From the NCBI GenBank assembly GCA_963749495.1, contig CAVVMW010000006.1, positions 608,001-672,000 of the forward strand: a stretch of DNA of 64,000 nucleotides. Direction: 5' to 3'. Source of the stretch: an uncultured bacterium (GTDB lineage Bacteria; Verrucomicrobiota; Verrucomicrobiia; Limisphaerales; UBA8199). Both the position numbers and the translations under genes were made by a program. The notes under the pieces are model-generated. The model was not told the origin of the DNA. It saw only the letters and a list, made by a program, of their open reading frames with translations, and made no database searches. This document shows positions 9,024 through 20,600 of this stretch, in pieces; position 1 is the stretch's first letter, and each line of letters starts with the position of its first letter.

Positions 9024-12000
9024 ATGCCCGGCAATGGAACAATGGATCTGAAGGCTGAACTCCAGAATTTCGGCGTAAGCAGTCGTAACACCCGGCTGTT
9101 CGGCCAGCACCTGTCCTCAGACCTCCTCGATTATCTCGACTTGCTTCAACCGCGTAGCGGCGACCCGTCCGGCGCGCGTGATGTTCTTCCTGATGGCGTC
9201 GCTGAGAGCCAAGGTCGGCCCCTGCTCTTTTTCGTAAACGAAACTGATCTTGCGCAATCTCCACACGAGCAACAAATCAATGTGCTCCGCCGCAAATTGG
9301 CCTGCCGAGGCGACCGGGCGTATCTCGCCCGAATTCGCCCAGGCGAATTGAGTGTAGTTCCGGTCTCCCTTGAGGAGAGAACGCCTGATTGGAGAGTTTA
9401 TAATTCAGGCACACCTGAGGCGATCACCTTTTTCACTCGGCTCGCTCACGGGCATTACGACGGAGAAGGAGAACCCAACGAGGCTGATTATGTGTTCTCT
9501 GCAATGTTCCGCCTGGTCTGGAGCGTTGCCAACCGCCTCGCAGAGCTGAGGCTGAAGCGTTCCGATGTGCTCTCAGTGATGGGACGCGCTCTCTTTTTTC
9601 GCTTTCTCAAGGACCGTCAAGTCGTTTGCGATAAAGACTCGCCTCGGATTGCCCCAAGAGCTACCGCCATTACAGACTGTTTCACGACTCCCGAGAACAG
9701 TGCCGCCACATCCGCCTGGCTTGATAAAACGTTCAATGGCAATCTTCTTCCTCTCAGCGCCCGGGGCAACACGTCCTATTTCCACGAAGTCGGCCAGCGG
9801 ACGGGGGGCCGTCTGTTTCTTCACCTCAGCGCTATCATCCGCGGTGACGACCCATCCGGGGATTCGGGATATCAAGCCACATTGCCCTTTTATTGGGGCG
9901 CATATGATTTCGCGCACATTCCCATCGGCTTACTAAGTCAGGTTTACGAGCGATTCGCGTGGAAATGGGAGCATCAGAACGCCAAGGAGACAAGTGTCCA
10001 CTACACTCCTCGAAATATCGCCGCAACAATCATAGACGACGCTTTTGCGAAACTTCCAAACGCTGAGAAGTCGCGCATACTCGATCCGGCTTGTGGCGCA
10101 GGAGTATTTCTAGTCCTCGCCTTTCGGCGCCTTTACCGCGAGCACTGGAAACAAACAGGCCAGCGGCCGGATACCAAGGCAATCCGTGCAATTTTGGAAA
10201 AACAACTCGTTGGCTTTGACATTAGCGACTCTGCTCTGAAACTAGCTGCGCTCAGTCTGTACCTCACCGCCATCGAACTTGACCCACAGCCCGTGCCACC
10301 TGAGAAGCTCGGCTTCATTGACCTTCGGGGCTCGGTGCTTTTCAATTTCCGCCGTCACGGCATCGATCCGTCGCAAGGACCGGTTGCCGGCAGTCTTGCG
10401 GACCACGTAGGGAACTCCTTTGACCGCCAATTCGACCTCGTTGTAAGCAATCCGCCCTGGACGCGATTACCAAAAGAGGAAAAGTCTCTGGCCAGACAAT
10501 TCACAGCTCTCAGTAAGGCAATAATCGCTCGGAGAGGTTACCCACTGATAGCCGATGAGTATTGCAATCCGAACCACGTTCCGGATCTCCCCTTTCTTTG
10601 GAAGGCGACAGAGTGGTGCGTTCGGGGCGGCCGCATCGCTCTGGTGCTCCCTGCCCGCACGTTGCTAAAGCAGGAGGACATTCCTCGGAAAGCCCGTGGC
10701 GCTGTATTTGAATTGCTGGAGGTCACTGGGCTATTAAACGGCGCTAACCTCCGCAAAACAGAGGTGTGGCCCGACATGGATCAGCCGTTCATTTTGTTCT
10801 TCGCCAAAAACCATCCCCGCCGCCCTGGACGACTTTTGCGATTAATAACTCCCTACACCGATGTTAATCTGAATGGCATCGGAGAGATCCGCATTGATAC
10901 TGAATCGGCAGATGCTGTTGATCCAGATGCGACAAGATCTCGGCCCTGGCTTTGGAAATGTCTGTCTATTGGGACAACGCTCGATGCGGATGTCGTCTCC
11001 AAAATCGAGGCGTCGGGCCGCAGACCCCTTCTGGACTACTGGAATGACCTCGGCTTTGTCACCAGCACTGGCTATCAAGCGAAACCGCTTCAGGAACAAA
11101 GATCTGCAGAGGCGCTGAAAGTTCTTCCTGACATTCACTCTCCGAAGCTGGAAGCATTAAGCTTACCGCTTCCAACATTCATAGTGGACGCCCAGCGATT
11201 CAACTTGTTTTCGCACGATACGCTCTGCTGGCCCCGAACCAGAACGAAAGGTGACGAGTTGAGGGTGTACCGCGCTCCTCTAGTCTTGGTGCGAGCCGCA
11301 CCGCCCAAAGATCGAGAACTCGGCAGAGCTTTGTTGAGCCTGGACGATGTAGCATACAACGAAAGTTATTATGGCTATTCGTCCGTGCCTACTGAGCAAG
11401 GGGTTTTGGTCGCCCGTTACCTCCACCTGCTCGTTCATTCGAGCATGTGGCTTCATTATGCGCTAGCAACGAGCGCCGAAATCGGCGTTGAACGCCCAAA
11501 GTTTCATAAGAACGATTTAGACAAGTTTCCGGTAGTCCCATTCGCCAGCCTGTCGCATCAGAGACAGAGAGACATGATCGGGCTTTCGACTCGGCTTGTC
11601 GCGGAAGACATGCTGGTTTTTAACGACATCGATTCATTCTTTGCCCAGGTGTATGGGCTGAACCCGTTAGACCTTGAAGTAATCAACGACACGTTAGAAG
11701 TGCGCGACCCAAACGACGAACTTGGGTTGCGCGCTAGCACACGGCCGACGCCGCAAGAGTGTTCACTGTTCCAACACCGCCTGGAGACACTCCTGCGCCC
11801 GTTTTTCCAAGCGATCGGACAGGAGCCACGTGTTGAACTTTGGAGGCCGAATGGGGCCTTTTTTCAGATGGCAGCCCCATTCGGGATGTTGCTGATCTCC
11901 ACGGCCGAAAGTCACATGCGTGCTCCTGATAGACTGTTCTGTGACGTGTTACTCAAACTGGCCGATGACACCGGGTGTACGCAAATTATACAACAAGCCC

Positions 12001-12113
12001 AGTGCGGCATTGTCGTTGGACTTCTGAACCAGTATCGCTATTGGACCCCAAGTCGAGCACGGTTACTTGCCGCGAAAATTGTCCGCGCACATTTTAGTAT
12101 TTTTGAGGGCTAA
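9024..12113 (+). CDS. Large N6-adenine DNA methyltransferase (HsdM / type IIG-like)
   Basis: HYTP, motif I ILDPACGAGVFL, GFDIS, motif IV SNPPW; visibly lower GC than the flanks. Confidence 0.88.
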   Translation: MPGNGTMDLKAELQNFGVSSRNTRLFGQHLSSDLLDYLDLLQPRSGDPSGARDVLPDGVAESQGRPLLFFVNETDLAQSPHEQQINVLRRKLACRGDRAYLARIRPGELSVVPVSLEERTPDWRVYNSGTPEAITFFTRLAHGHYDGEGEPNEADYVFSAMFRLVWSVANRLAELRLKRSDVLSVMGRALFFRFLKDRQVVCDKDSPRIAPRATAITDCFTTPENSAATSAWLDKTFNGNLLPLSARGNTSYFHEVGQRTGGRLFLHLSAIIRGDDPSGDSGYQATLPFYWGAYDFAHIPIGLLSQVYERFAWKWEHQNAKETSVHYTPRNIAATIIDDAFAKLPNAEKSRILDPACGAGVFLVLAFRRLYREHWKQTGQRPDTKAIRAILEKQLVGFDISDSALKLAALSLYLTAIELDPQPVPPEKLGFIDLRGSVLFNFRRHGIDPSQGPVAGSLADHVGNSFDRQFDLVVSNPPWTRLPKEEKSLARQFTALSKAIIARRGYPLIADEYCNPNHVPDLPFLWKATEWCVRGGRIALVLPARTLLKQEDIPRKARGAVFELLEVTGLLNGANLRKTEVWPDMDQPFILFFAKNHPRRPGRLLRLITPYTDVNLNGIGEIRIDTESADAVDPDATRSRPWLWKCLSIGTTLDADVVSKIEASGRRPLLDYWNDLGFVTSTGYQAKPLQEQRSAEALKVLPDIHSPKLEALSLPLPTFIVDAQRFNLFSHDTLCWPRTRTKGDELRVYRAPLVLVRAAPPKDRELGRALLSLDDVAYNESYYGYSSVPTEQGVLVARYLHLLVHSSMWLHYALATSAEIGVERPKFHKNDLDKFPVVPFASLSHQRQRDMIGLSTRLVAEDMLVFNDIDSFFAQVYGLNPLDLEVINDTLEVRDPNDELGLRASTRPTPQECSLFQHRLETLLRPFFQAIGQEPRVELWRPNGAFFQMAAPFGMLLISTAESHMRAPDRLFCDVLLKLADDTGCTQIIQQAQCGIVVGLLNQYRYWTPSRARLLAAKIVRAHFSIFEG

Positions 12114-12116
12114 CCA

Positions 12117-12842
12117 ATGAATCTGGGCATGTTTGACGAGAGAACCGATGTCGTATTCCAACTGCCCCATCCGCCCATTTCGTTGGCGTGCTTTCTTATC
12201 GTCGAATCTGCCTTGTGCACTGCGTGGTTGTTAATGCGTGAGAAGCCGCGAATGCCCTTCGACCTTGATAGTGCAGATGAAGACGGTGTTACTCAAGAGC
12301 TTTATGAGCGACTTTATGATGAGATCTTTGGTCGCGGCGTCGTTCCAGGATTCGATAGCGCACTGTTTGCCTCGGTCCGTAGGGGGCCAAAAATCCGCAA
12401 CTTTGACGGCGCCCACCCCGATAAGATGCCTGACTTGCTTGTGGAATTTGTGGATCGACCGTCAGGGGTTATGAACTCCCAATACGGTTTGTTTATCGAG
12501 TGTAAGCCTATAGACGCGCAGCATTCGCTCACCGTGCATTATTGCATGAAGGGCATATTACGGTTTGTCAAAGGTGACTACGCCTGGGCCATGACCTCTG
12601 CACTCATGGTTGGCTATGCTCGCTCGGGCCACCAACTGTTTCCGGAATTATCGGACGCGCTGCAAACACGCTCTGCTGAGCTTCCAAACTCTAGCCCTGC
12701 GCGTGTATGTGCTCGATCAAAGGCTGGTGTTGCGAACGAAATCGTTTGCATAACCGAGCACGCTCGCACCTTCAACTATATCGAAACTGGCCAAGCCGCG
12801 CCTCTTATCCTGCTTAGGCATCTTTGCTTGAGGCGAGATTGA
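12117..12842 (+). CDS. Putative PD-(D/E)XK nuclease
   Basis: PDLLVEF...FIECK motif; starts 3 nt after the MTase stop. Confidence 0.65.
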   Translation: MNLGMFDERTDVVFQLPHPPISLACFLIVESALCTAWLLMREKPRMPFDLDSADEDGVTQELYERLYDEIFGRGVVPGFDSALFASVRRGPKIRNFDGAHPDKMPDLLVEFVDRPSGVMNSQYGLFIECKPIDAQHSLTVHYCMKGILRFVKGDYAWAMTSALMVGYARSGHQLFPELSDALQTRSAELPNSSPARVCARSKAGVANEIVCITEHARTFNYIETGQAAPLILLRHLCLRRD

Positions 12843-13132
12843 GTCTTACGCATTCTCCACTTGAGCCTCGCACAAAAGAGATTCTGTCTGAGTGTGATAA
12901 GGGACCTCAGATGTCCTCAAGCGCCCGTTGCATCATCCTGGCAGGCCACATCCCTGGCGGCGGCCTTCTGGAAATCGGATCTGTTGCTGCGGCAAGTGCT
13001 GTGGCCAAAGCTGGGCACGTCCATTGCGTCGTCACGGTCTTCGCGACTCACGACCGACTGTTCAACGTGGAACGCGCAGTGTTGGCGCCGGGTGACACGC
13101 CCGGGGCGTGGGGCCGATCCTGCCATGGGCTT

Positions 13133-13410
13133 TTAAGGCGGCGGCGGGGCGCCGGTGGCCAGGGCGACGGCGGCCTGAGCCACTTTGCGGCTCAGGACCA
13201 AACCTGTGAGCGTGGGGTTGACCGAGCCGACGGTCACAAAGAGGGATTGGTCCGCGCAAAAGGCATTGGTTATGTGGTGAAAGCGGCCATTCGTATCGGG
13301 CACCGAAGTGTTGGGGTTCGTCCCCATCCACAGTGTCCAGCCTCATGGTACGTTGTGCCCAGGCCGTCCCGATTCTGGCTGGTGATTTGGACGTCATCCA
13401 GGCAGTTCCA
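13133..13410 (-). pseudogene. GMC oxidoreductase C-terminal fragment
   Basis: HEAGTLWMG...DTNGRFH...ADQSLF...VNPTLT; cut off upstream at the GGGGTCA end at 13413. Confidence 0.7.
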
Positions 13411-13412
13411 AC

Positions 13413-13560
13413 GGGGTCAAGACTACTAACACACTGGCGCTCTCTGGCGTATGGTCCTGGTCATGCCGCGCAGATTACGAGTTCAGTATCCGGGCGCCAT
13501 CTACCTCGTTATGAACCGTGGTGATCGGCGCAAAGCTATCTTCGAAGATGACAGGGAAGG
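13413..13560 (+). pseudogene. RAYT N-terminal remnant with GGGGTCA end
   Basis: MPRRLRVQYPGAIYLVMNRGDRRKAIFEDD starting at 13464. Confidence 0.8.
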
Positions 13561-13579
13561 TTGGCTTGGAGGTTTGCCC

Positions 13580-14185
13580 TCATTCGGGGCAGGCGTAGTT
13601 GTGAGGTCCGCGCGGATGGGGGAAGGGATGGTGGGGAGGTTTGGGTGGAGCGGGGGTCGGATGGTGGGGAGGTTCGGGTGGAGTGGGGGTCGGATGGTGA
13701 GGAGGTTCGGGTGGAGTGGGGGTCGGATGGTGGGGAGGTTCGGGTGGACCGCGGTGCGAACGGTCATTACTGGCATAACTGCCGGGAACGACCCGGGAAA
13801 CAGCCAGGGCAATCTTGGCCGCGTTGGACGGAGCGGCAGCGACCGCCGCTTCGGCGATAGCCTCCGCCTGCTCGGGGTGGAGTTCAGCGGCTGTTCCGGC
13901 GGCAATTGGAGCCATCTCGGGAACGGCTTTCGAAATACAGTTGACGATGGCACAGACGCTGGCAGGCCTGGCCTCTAACGCGGCCTTGACGACGTTCACT
14001 GTGGTAACGCTCCAATCGCGGGCCTTTGCTTTCTTGACCAGCACGGCCGCTCTTGCCGGCAATTCTGCCGGAGGTACCTGGCTGAGGACCACAGTGTACG
14101 GATTGACTTTTTGAGCGTCAGCGGCGACTCCACTCAGAGGGCCAAGACAAACAAGACCTAACAGAATCATCGCGATTGGTTTCAT
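13580..14185 (-). CDS. Secreted hypothetical protein with Pro/His-rich C-terminal repeats
   Basis: Signal peptide; about 4 copies of PP(E/K)PPHHP, a 33-bp repeat at about 13615-13750. Confidence 0.75.
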   Translation of the reverse strand: MKPIAMILLGLVCLGPLSGVAADAQKVNPYTVVLSQVPPAELPARAAVLVKKAKARDWSVTTVNVVKAALEARPASVCAIVNCISKAVPEMAPIAAGTAAELHPEQAEAIAEAAVAAAPSNAAKIALAVSRVVPGSYASNDRSHRGPPEPPHHPTPTPPEPPHHPTPTPPEPPHHPTPAPPKPPHHPFPHPRGPHNYACPE

Positions 14186-14645
14186 AGCGTTGCCCTATTT
14201 CCAACAGTTGACAGGAAAATGCTGTTTGCCCCGGCGCCGGTCCTTGGCTGGCACAAAGTTGGCGTCACGCCCAAAGCCGAGATCGACACCGGTCCGGTCC
14301 GACAACATCGAGATCCATAGAGCACACTACATGCCAAGCACGATAGTGATGTCCCAGGGCACCTACTTCCAAGGCATTCCGAATGCCATGCAGACCAGTG
14401 GCAGAGTCTTTCAGTCGCGACTTGGGAAATAATCCCCGATGCGATCGGGAACTAATTCCAACTCCGCCGCGACAGACGCCGCGCTGCCTGAGCCTGGAGC
14501 GGACGAAATCTCTGGGCGTTCCTTGGCGGATCAGAATGGGAGTCTTGCGGTGAGACCCTGTGCTGAGTGATTATAAGCCCTTCGGGCTACTGCGTTCAGA
14601 GCGCGATTCTGTCGGCGATCCGTACTTCGAGCCGGTTGCAGAAAC

Positions 14646-14722
14646 AACCGCAAAGAACACAAAGAACGCAAAGGCCGAGGGAATTGAGGCGTTTCTTTGT
14701 GATCTCTGCGTTCTTTGCGGTT
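14646..14722. repeat. Gene-less 9-mer inverted tandem-repeat hairpin (CGCAAAGAA family)
   Basis: aaccgcaaagaacacaaagaacgcaaag ... ctttgtgatctctgcgttctttgcggtt. Confidence 0.85.
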
Positions 14723-14842
14723 AGTTTTGCCACCGGCTCTAAGTGATTGCGATCCCATCGAGATGGAGGCTGGCGCGATCTGTGGAAGCTGCGCCCGCTT
14801 GGCGGTGCAGGCCCTAAGCGCGCAACCGGCACGGGTGATTCA

Positions 14843-14888
14843 TTCCGCACTCCGCACTCCGCATTCCGCACTCCGCGCACTCCGCACT
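14843..14888. repeat. (TCCGCAC)n heptamer array just past the stop of the YcfL-like gene
   Basis: About 6 units, direct reading. Confidence 0.85.
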
Positions 14889-14892
14889 GGAT

Positions 14893-15309
14893 TTAGCGGG
14901 CCTCGCGGACGCGGAGGGTGTAGCGCATGGCCTGGTTGTTCATCGAGACGAAGGTGACGCCTTGCTGGGCGTTCTCGTCCAGGAAGAGGTTCTGGAAGGG
15001 GGTGCTGTCCAGGACAAACCCCTGGCCGTCTTTGAACTCGCAATTGATCTGGACCTGGATGCGGCGGTTTTCGCGGTTGCGGAGATTGGCAGCGACCTGG
15101 AGGCGGCCGTCGACCAGGCGCTGGGGCTCCAGGCCCGTGCAGGTGACGGATTTCTGGGCACCGTGGTCGAAGAGCACGAAGCTGGAGCTGTTTTCGAGGT
15201 CGTTGACCATGGTGTTTTTGGGGGCGTAAGCGCCGTGGTCGCTGGCGCACCCGGAGAAGAGGGCCAGGACGGGCAGGAGCAGGAGCGAAGTGAAGAGATT
15301 CTTTTTCAT
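14893..15309 (-). CDS. YcfL/DUF1425-family lipoprotein
   Basis: Lipobox FSGC; size and position in an operon with an LpoB-family gene. Confidence 0.7.
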   Translation of the reverse strand: MKKNLFTSLLLLPVLALFSGCASDHGAYAPKNTMVNDLENSSSFVLFDHGAQKSVTCTGLEPQRLVDGRLQVAANLRNRENRRIQVQINCEFKDGQGFVLDSTPFQNLFLDENAQQGVTFVSMNNQAMRYTLRVREAR

Positions 15310-16493
15310 AACTTTTGAGGTGTTGATGACTGGTCGCTGACAAAAATGACTTTGTCCTTGCCATCGGCCGGCACGTCGAAGGAGAGGGTCTTGGCCAGGC
15401 CGGGGATGGGGACGCCGTTGGGGTCGAGGAACTGGACGGTGGCGGTGTGCGGGCCCGGGGGCAGAGGCAGGCAGGCGAAGCTCAAGTAATGGGGCAGGTT
15501 GTCCCAGGCGCGGGTGTCGGCTTGGGGGGTGGCGGCGGAGGAGACGATCTTGCTGATAATGCCGGCGGCGATGAGGCCGGCGCCCACCTCGTTCATGGTG
15601 GAATCGCGGCCGCCCCCGGCCAGCAACGTGCCGGCGCCGCCCAGGATGGCAACGTCCCCGGCCACGTCGGTCGAGGTCTTGAAGACGGCCTTGTTGCCCA
15701 GGATATGGTCCATGACGCGCCCGCCGCGGGTCATGGCCTGGAAGCCAACGTCATCGGTGGGGGAGACGGGGACCTGGAGGGCATCGAGGGTGAGCAGGGC
15801 GGACCTGACGGGTGATGGGGAGACATGGAAGCAGAGCTTCTCCTGGTATTGGCCGGCGGCGTACTTGGCGGGGCCGGGGCCGAATTCGAGGAAGAACAGG
15901 ACATTGTCCTTGGGGTCGTACGGGGGCAGCTTGAGGCCCTTGGCGTTGGCCTGGGCGCGCTTGAAGGCATCCGAGCCGTCGCCGCCGAGCTTGGTTGTGG
16001 CCAGGCCATCCAGGTAATCGGGCAGGACCCAATCGCCGGCGTATTCGTGGTTCTCGGTGTCGCTGTCCTCGACCTCGGCGCTGCGGAAGCAGGCACGGGC
16101 ATTGTCCGGCTCGCCATCCATCCAATAGAGGATGCCGCGATAGATATAGGCCATGGACCGCTCGTAAGGCTCCCCGATGAAGGTCTTTTTGGCCTCGGCG
16201 TGGAAGTAGCCGCGGGCCTTGCGCGCGTTGGGGTCGGGGCCAAAGATGCCCTGGAGGCGCGTCAGAGAGTCGTCGAGGTATTGCTTGGCCAGGTCGAACT
16301 TGCCCTGGCGCATGGCGGCGGCGGCGGTGCGGTATTGCCAGAGCAACTTGTCGCGCGGCGGGCCAAATTTAATGGCCTCGGGACCATCGGCCATGATGTT
16401 GCCAGTCAGGACCACCGGGTGCGCGGGTTCAGTGGCGCATCCGGCCAGCGCCAGGCACGCCGAGGCCAGGGCGAACCAGGAGAACGGCTTCAT
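15306..16493 (-). CDS. COG3014-like TPR lipoprotein
   Basis: Lipobox LAGC; FIGEPYER, ADTRAWDNLP; adjacent to the LpoB-family gene. Confidence 0.7.
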   Translation of the reverse strand: MKPFSWFALASACLALAGCATEPAHPVVLTGNIMADGPEAIKFGPPRDKLLWQYRTAAAAMRQGKFDLAKQYLDDSLTRLQGIFGPDPNARKARGYFHAEAKKTFIGEPYERSMAYIYRGILYWMDGEPDNARACFRSAEVEDSDTENHEYAGDWVLPDYLDGLATTKLGGDGSDAFKRAQANAKGLKLPPYDPKDNVLFFLEFGPGPAKYAAGQYQEKLCFHVSPSPVRSALLTLDALQVPVSPTDDVGFQAMTRGGRVMDHILGNKAVFKTSTDVAGDVAILGGAGTLLAGGGRDSTMNEVGAGLIAAGIISKIVSSAATPQADTRAWDNLPHYLSFACLPLPPGPHTATVQFLDPNGVPIPGLAKTLSFDVPADGKDKVIFVSDQSSTPQKL

Positions 16494-16553
16494 TCTAACG
16501 ATAAGATGGGCAGACACGGTTGGTTTAGCGATGGGCGGTATCCGCCGAAACAC

Positions 16554-16574
16554 AATAGCCAATAGCCAATAGCC
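16554..16574. repeat. (AATAGCC)x3 heptamer array
   Basis: Direct reading; intergenic. Confidence 0.75.
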
Positions 16575-16601
16575 AACGCGCCAGGTTTCGAGCCGGCCGG
16601 T

Positions 16602-17228
16602 TTAGCGATAGGCCGCATCCTCCAGGCCCTGCTTCTTGATTCCCTTCTGGTCCATCCAGACCTTCTCGCTGGTGCGCGCGTCAATCAGCTCGAAAGAATA
16701 GAGCACATAATCGCTGGTGCCCGCCCCGGTGCGTGTGGTCATGCTCTGCAACTTGCCGGTGAGGATGAAATCGGCGCCCTTGAACTCGACGGGACGCGGG
16801 TCGGCGCTGGCGGTGACCTGGCCGTTGAGCTTGAGCTGGCGCTCCCTCTCCAGGGCCGCCATCCGCTCGCGCGCCAGGAAGATCACCTTGCCCATGGCCT
16901 TGCTGGTCAACTGGCCCTCGATGCGCGTCAGGAAGATCTCCTTATTGATGGGGAAGCGCGTCTCGTTGATGACCGGGTCCAGAACGATGTGCGGCACACC
17001 CTGGGCATTGGCGATTTCCGGTCTCGCGAGGATGCTCCGGGCCATGTAGTCGGTTACCGTCTCCAGGTCCTGGGATTCGATGCCGGTGCCGGCGACAAAA
17101 CCCCGCTCGTCGGCCCGCATCTCAGTCACCGGAACCCCGGACGGGTTGCGCACGCCGGAGGCGCAACCTGAGAGAACCCCGGCCACGGCCAGGGCTGTGA
17201 GAGGAGTGCGATATTTGGAGAGGTCCAT
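16602..17228 (-). CDS. LpoB-family (penicillin-binding protein activator / CsgG-like) lipoprotein
   Basis: Lipobox LSGC; GIESQDL, GADFILTGKL, ELIDARTSEKVW. Confidence 0.75.
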   Translation of the reverse strand: MDLSKYRTPLTALAVAGVLSGCASGVRNPSGVPVTEMRADERGFVAGTGIESQDLETVTDYMARSILARPEIANAQGVPHIVLDPVINETRFPINKEIFLTRIEGQLTSKAMGKVIFLARERMAALERERQLKLNGQVTASADPRPVEFKGADFILTGKLQSMTTRTGAGTSDYVLYSFELIDARTSEKVWMDQKGIKKQGLEDAAYR

Positions 17229-17487
17229 ATTTATATCAATTGCTGTATTCTAAATCGGTTCAGTGTGATTCCACGCCTTTGCTTTGACGTTCCAGTGCCG
17301 GCTTTATTCGCCGCGCACTCAGCCACAGGGAGCAATCTGGAGGAACCGGGGAGGGTACGCAACCAAAAAACGGGCGGAGCAAAATCATTTGACTTCCGGA
17401 AAGAGGCAGAATCATTGGTGGCAAAATCATGGGAAGAGAGGCCTGCCCGGCTCAAAGGTCATGGGTTTTCGGGCGCACTGGCTTGAA

Positions 17488-17548
17488 GGCAGAAAGATGG
17501 GGGCAGAAAGATGAATTCAATCCATCTTTCTGCCCCCATTTTTCTGCC
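17488..17548. repeat. Inverted tandem-repeat hairpin (GGCAGAAAGATGG x2)
   Basis: ggcagaaagatgggggcagaaagatg ... catctttctgcccccatttttctgcc. Confidence 0.8.
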
Positions 17549-17609
17549 TCATGCCTTCGCATCAACCTTCGCATCAATCCATCAATCCATCAATCCATCT
17601 TTAGGCGCG

Positions 17610-20600
17610 TCAGGGGCTGAGGCTGACTTTGAGGCGGTAGAAACGGGGGGATGGGGCGAGGGGCTCGGAGATGGTGACGGGGTTGCCGGTGCCTGGGATG
17701 TTGTTGGTGAAGGTGGTCCAGGTGTTGGTGGGGGCGAGGCTGTCGAGAGAATCCACGGCATAGATGCGGCCGGGGTGGGTGCTGAAGGTCAGGAGGCAGG
17801 ATTGGTTGAGCAGCGAGATGGCGCTGAACTTGAGGAAGTCCTGGCTGTCGCGAGGGTTTGTGCCGGCGATGTACTCCTGGTAATTGGTGAAGCCGTCGCC
17901 GTCGGGGTCGCCTTGGGGGCCGTTCAGGCCTGTGGGGTCGGTCGGGTCGAGGCCGTAGGCCAGCTTCCATTCGTCGGGCAGGCCATCGCCGTCGCTGTCG
18001 ACGGTCGCGGCGCCCTGGTTGAGGAGGCCGGGTGTGGGGGCGGCGGCCTCCCAGTTGGCCGGGTCGTCGCCAAAGACGGCGCTGGCAATGCGCTGGAGGG
18101 AATTGCCTGTGCCGTCGGTGCCCGCGGGCCAGGGCGGTTGGCCCGAGTATTGGACTTCGTCTGCCAGGACGTAAGGCACAAAGCCCGGGCTCGGGTCTGC
18201 GGGGCCTTGCGGGGTGTCGGGGAAATAGAGGCACAGGCTCTCACCCTGGTTGCCCAGGTGCCCTTGATAGGGGCCGAAGATGGGGGTGTTGGTGTCCACG
18301 CCATAGAGCTTGCGGAACCAGTCGAGCGAAGCGGGGTCGCAATTGGGGTCGAAGCTCACGACCAGCAGGCAGGCCAAGGGCGGGAGGGTGGCGCCCTGGG
18401 GGAAGGAGAAACTGACAGCGCCGCCCAGCCGCCAGGTATTGGTGGGATAGAGCGGGTCGAAGAGCGGGGCGGCCTGCGGGGTAATGTTGCGCAGTTCGAC
18501 GTATTCGTCGGCGGTATCTGCGTCCGGCCCAAAGGGGGGCGGGGCGTACATGAGTTCATTGATGACGATGGGGCCGACCTTGGGTCCGGCGTTGGGCAGG
18601 CCCAGGGTGTTGCGTTTCTGGGCGACGAAGTGTTCGAGGCCGTCGCTGGACACGTAGCGGCCGAAGGTGACGCCGTTGGCCTGGGCGCCGAAGCTGAAGC
18701 CGTGGCAGTAACCGGTGATATTGGTGCCGTCGCCCGAGAACAGGTAGAGCTCCTGGCCCAGGGAATTGAGCCGGAAGCTGTAAGGGCCGTTGTTGTTGAA
18801 CTGGTCCTCGGTAAAGACGGTGCAACCGCCCGGTGGAATGACAGTATTGGCCGGGATGCAATACTTCAGGGGCTCGGAATGGCTGTCAGTGAGGAACCAT
18901 CCGCCGATGGGGGCCGGGCTGGCGGCGGGGTTGAGCAGCTCGATGCTGTCCAACTGCGGCGGGTCGGTGTGTGTGAGGGCCTCGTTGAGCACGACAGGCG
19001 GGATGGAGGGGGGCGGCGGATCGGCGCGGCCGGGCGAACCGCCCCACTCGGTGCTGGGCCGCCAACTGGCGGGATTGGTCCAGGAATAGAGAGGGGCGTT
19101 TTCGTTGCGGATGACGAGGGAAAATCCATGATGCGCGGTGGCCGGGTACCAGGCGGCCTCATAGGCGAAATCCAGGATCGGCTCCTGGAGGGGGCCTTGA
19201 AGGCGGAGGTGATCGCCGGTGTTGTTGAGGGCGCCGGTGTACTGGCCGGCGATGTTGGTGACCTCCGGGTAGCGGGACTGGAAGGCGGCCAGGTTCCTGA
19301 CCAGGACCAGGTACTGGCCTGGGCCGAGGCTGGTGATGGGATTCGCCGCGGTGAAGGTGAAGGAGATGCCGTCGGTGAAACTGGCGCCCAACAGGTTGAG
19401 CGGCTGCGCGCCGGCATTTTTCAATTCGATGAACTCGAACTGATCGTTGTCGATGTTCCCGGAGGGCGCGGGCGGGGGATCGTACATGATCTCGGTCACG
19501 ACCAAGGGCGGCGTGGCGACGATGAAGGTGGCGGCCGTGGGCCCCGACCAGGAACTGCTCAGGGGCGGGTTATTGGCGCCGGTGAGGTTGTGGTGCAAGG
19601 CATTGTAATTGCGGGCGAAGACGCGGGCGTTGTTGGCCAGGGTGAGGGTGGCCGAGTTGAGCGCGGCCAGGGCCTTGGGCGAGACCGCGCCGCCGGGCAG
19701 CCTGGGGTCGGTCCCGTCGAGAGTATAGTAAATAGTGCTGTTGCTCTCGCGCGTGGAGGCAGTGAGGGTGAGGGAGTAACCGGGGGTGATGGCGCCGCCA
19801 TTGCCGCTGAAGACCGGGGCGTTGAGGAAGTTCGAGTCCATGAAATCCAGGCGGTTGGAGAACCAGTATTTGGTGAAATCCACTTCGCCCTGGTAGGTGC
19901 CCGGCGTGGGGAAGGTGTAGGTGAGGCCGTCGCCGGAGACGGCGCCGGAGCGGGGGGAGGTGTCCGAACCGTCGCTGCCGGCCCAGCGGGCGGCGTCGCG
20001 GGGCGCCGCCTCGCGGACCTGGCTGGCGAGAGAGTCGATCCTGGCCATTATGTTGGTCGCGTGATAGAGCGTGCGGCGCAGCGTCTGGTAACGGTCGATC
20101 CAGCGCTGCCAGAAATCGGGGTCTTTGAAGAGAACGCCGTACCAGGGGTTGTCGAAGATGGCGGCCGGGTTGAACATGTCGGTGCCGTTGTCCCCGTCGG
20201 CCGAGCGCCAGCGGCGGGGGTTGAAGCCCCGGGCGTCGTCGTCGGTGCGGGTGCCGAAGCAGCGGTCGAAATCCCAGAGCGGTCCCAGGACGAGCGGGCC
20301 ACTGCGCGGCTTGTTGAAATAGGTGCTGATGCGCAGGGCATCAACGTTGAAGACCAGCGTCTGGTGGAGGTGATAATCGATGCAGGAATCCAGGTCGATG
20401 CAGGGGGCGTAGCCGGTCGCGGGGTTGGTCCAGTTCGGGCCGTTGAGCGCTGAATAAAAGGCGCTGAACCAATTGCGGATGTACTGCAACTGGGCGGCGC
20501 GTTCCGGCGCGGTGATCTCGAAATAATCGGGGTCCAGATACCAGCAGTAGGCCCCCGCCAGGTAGTCCTGGACGCCGGGGTTGGCCTTGTCGATGCTCAG

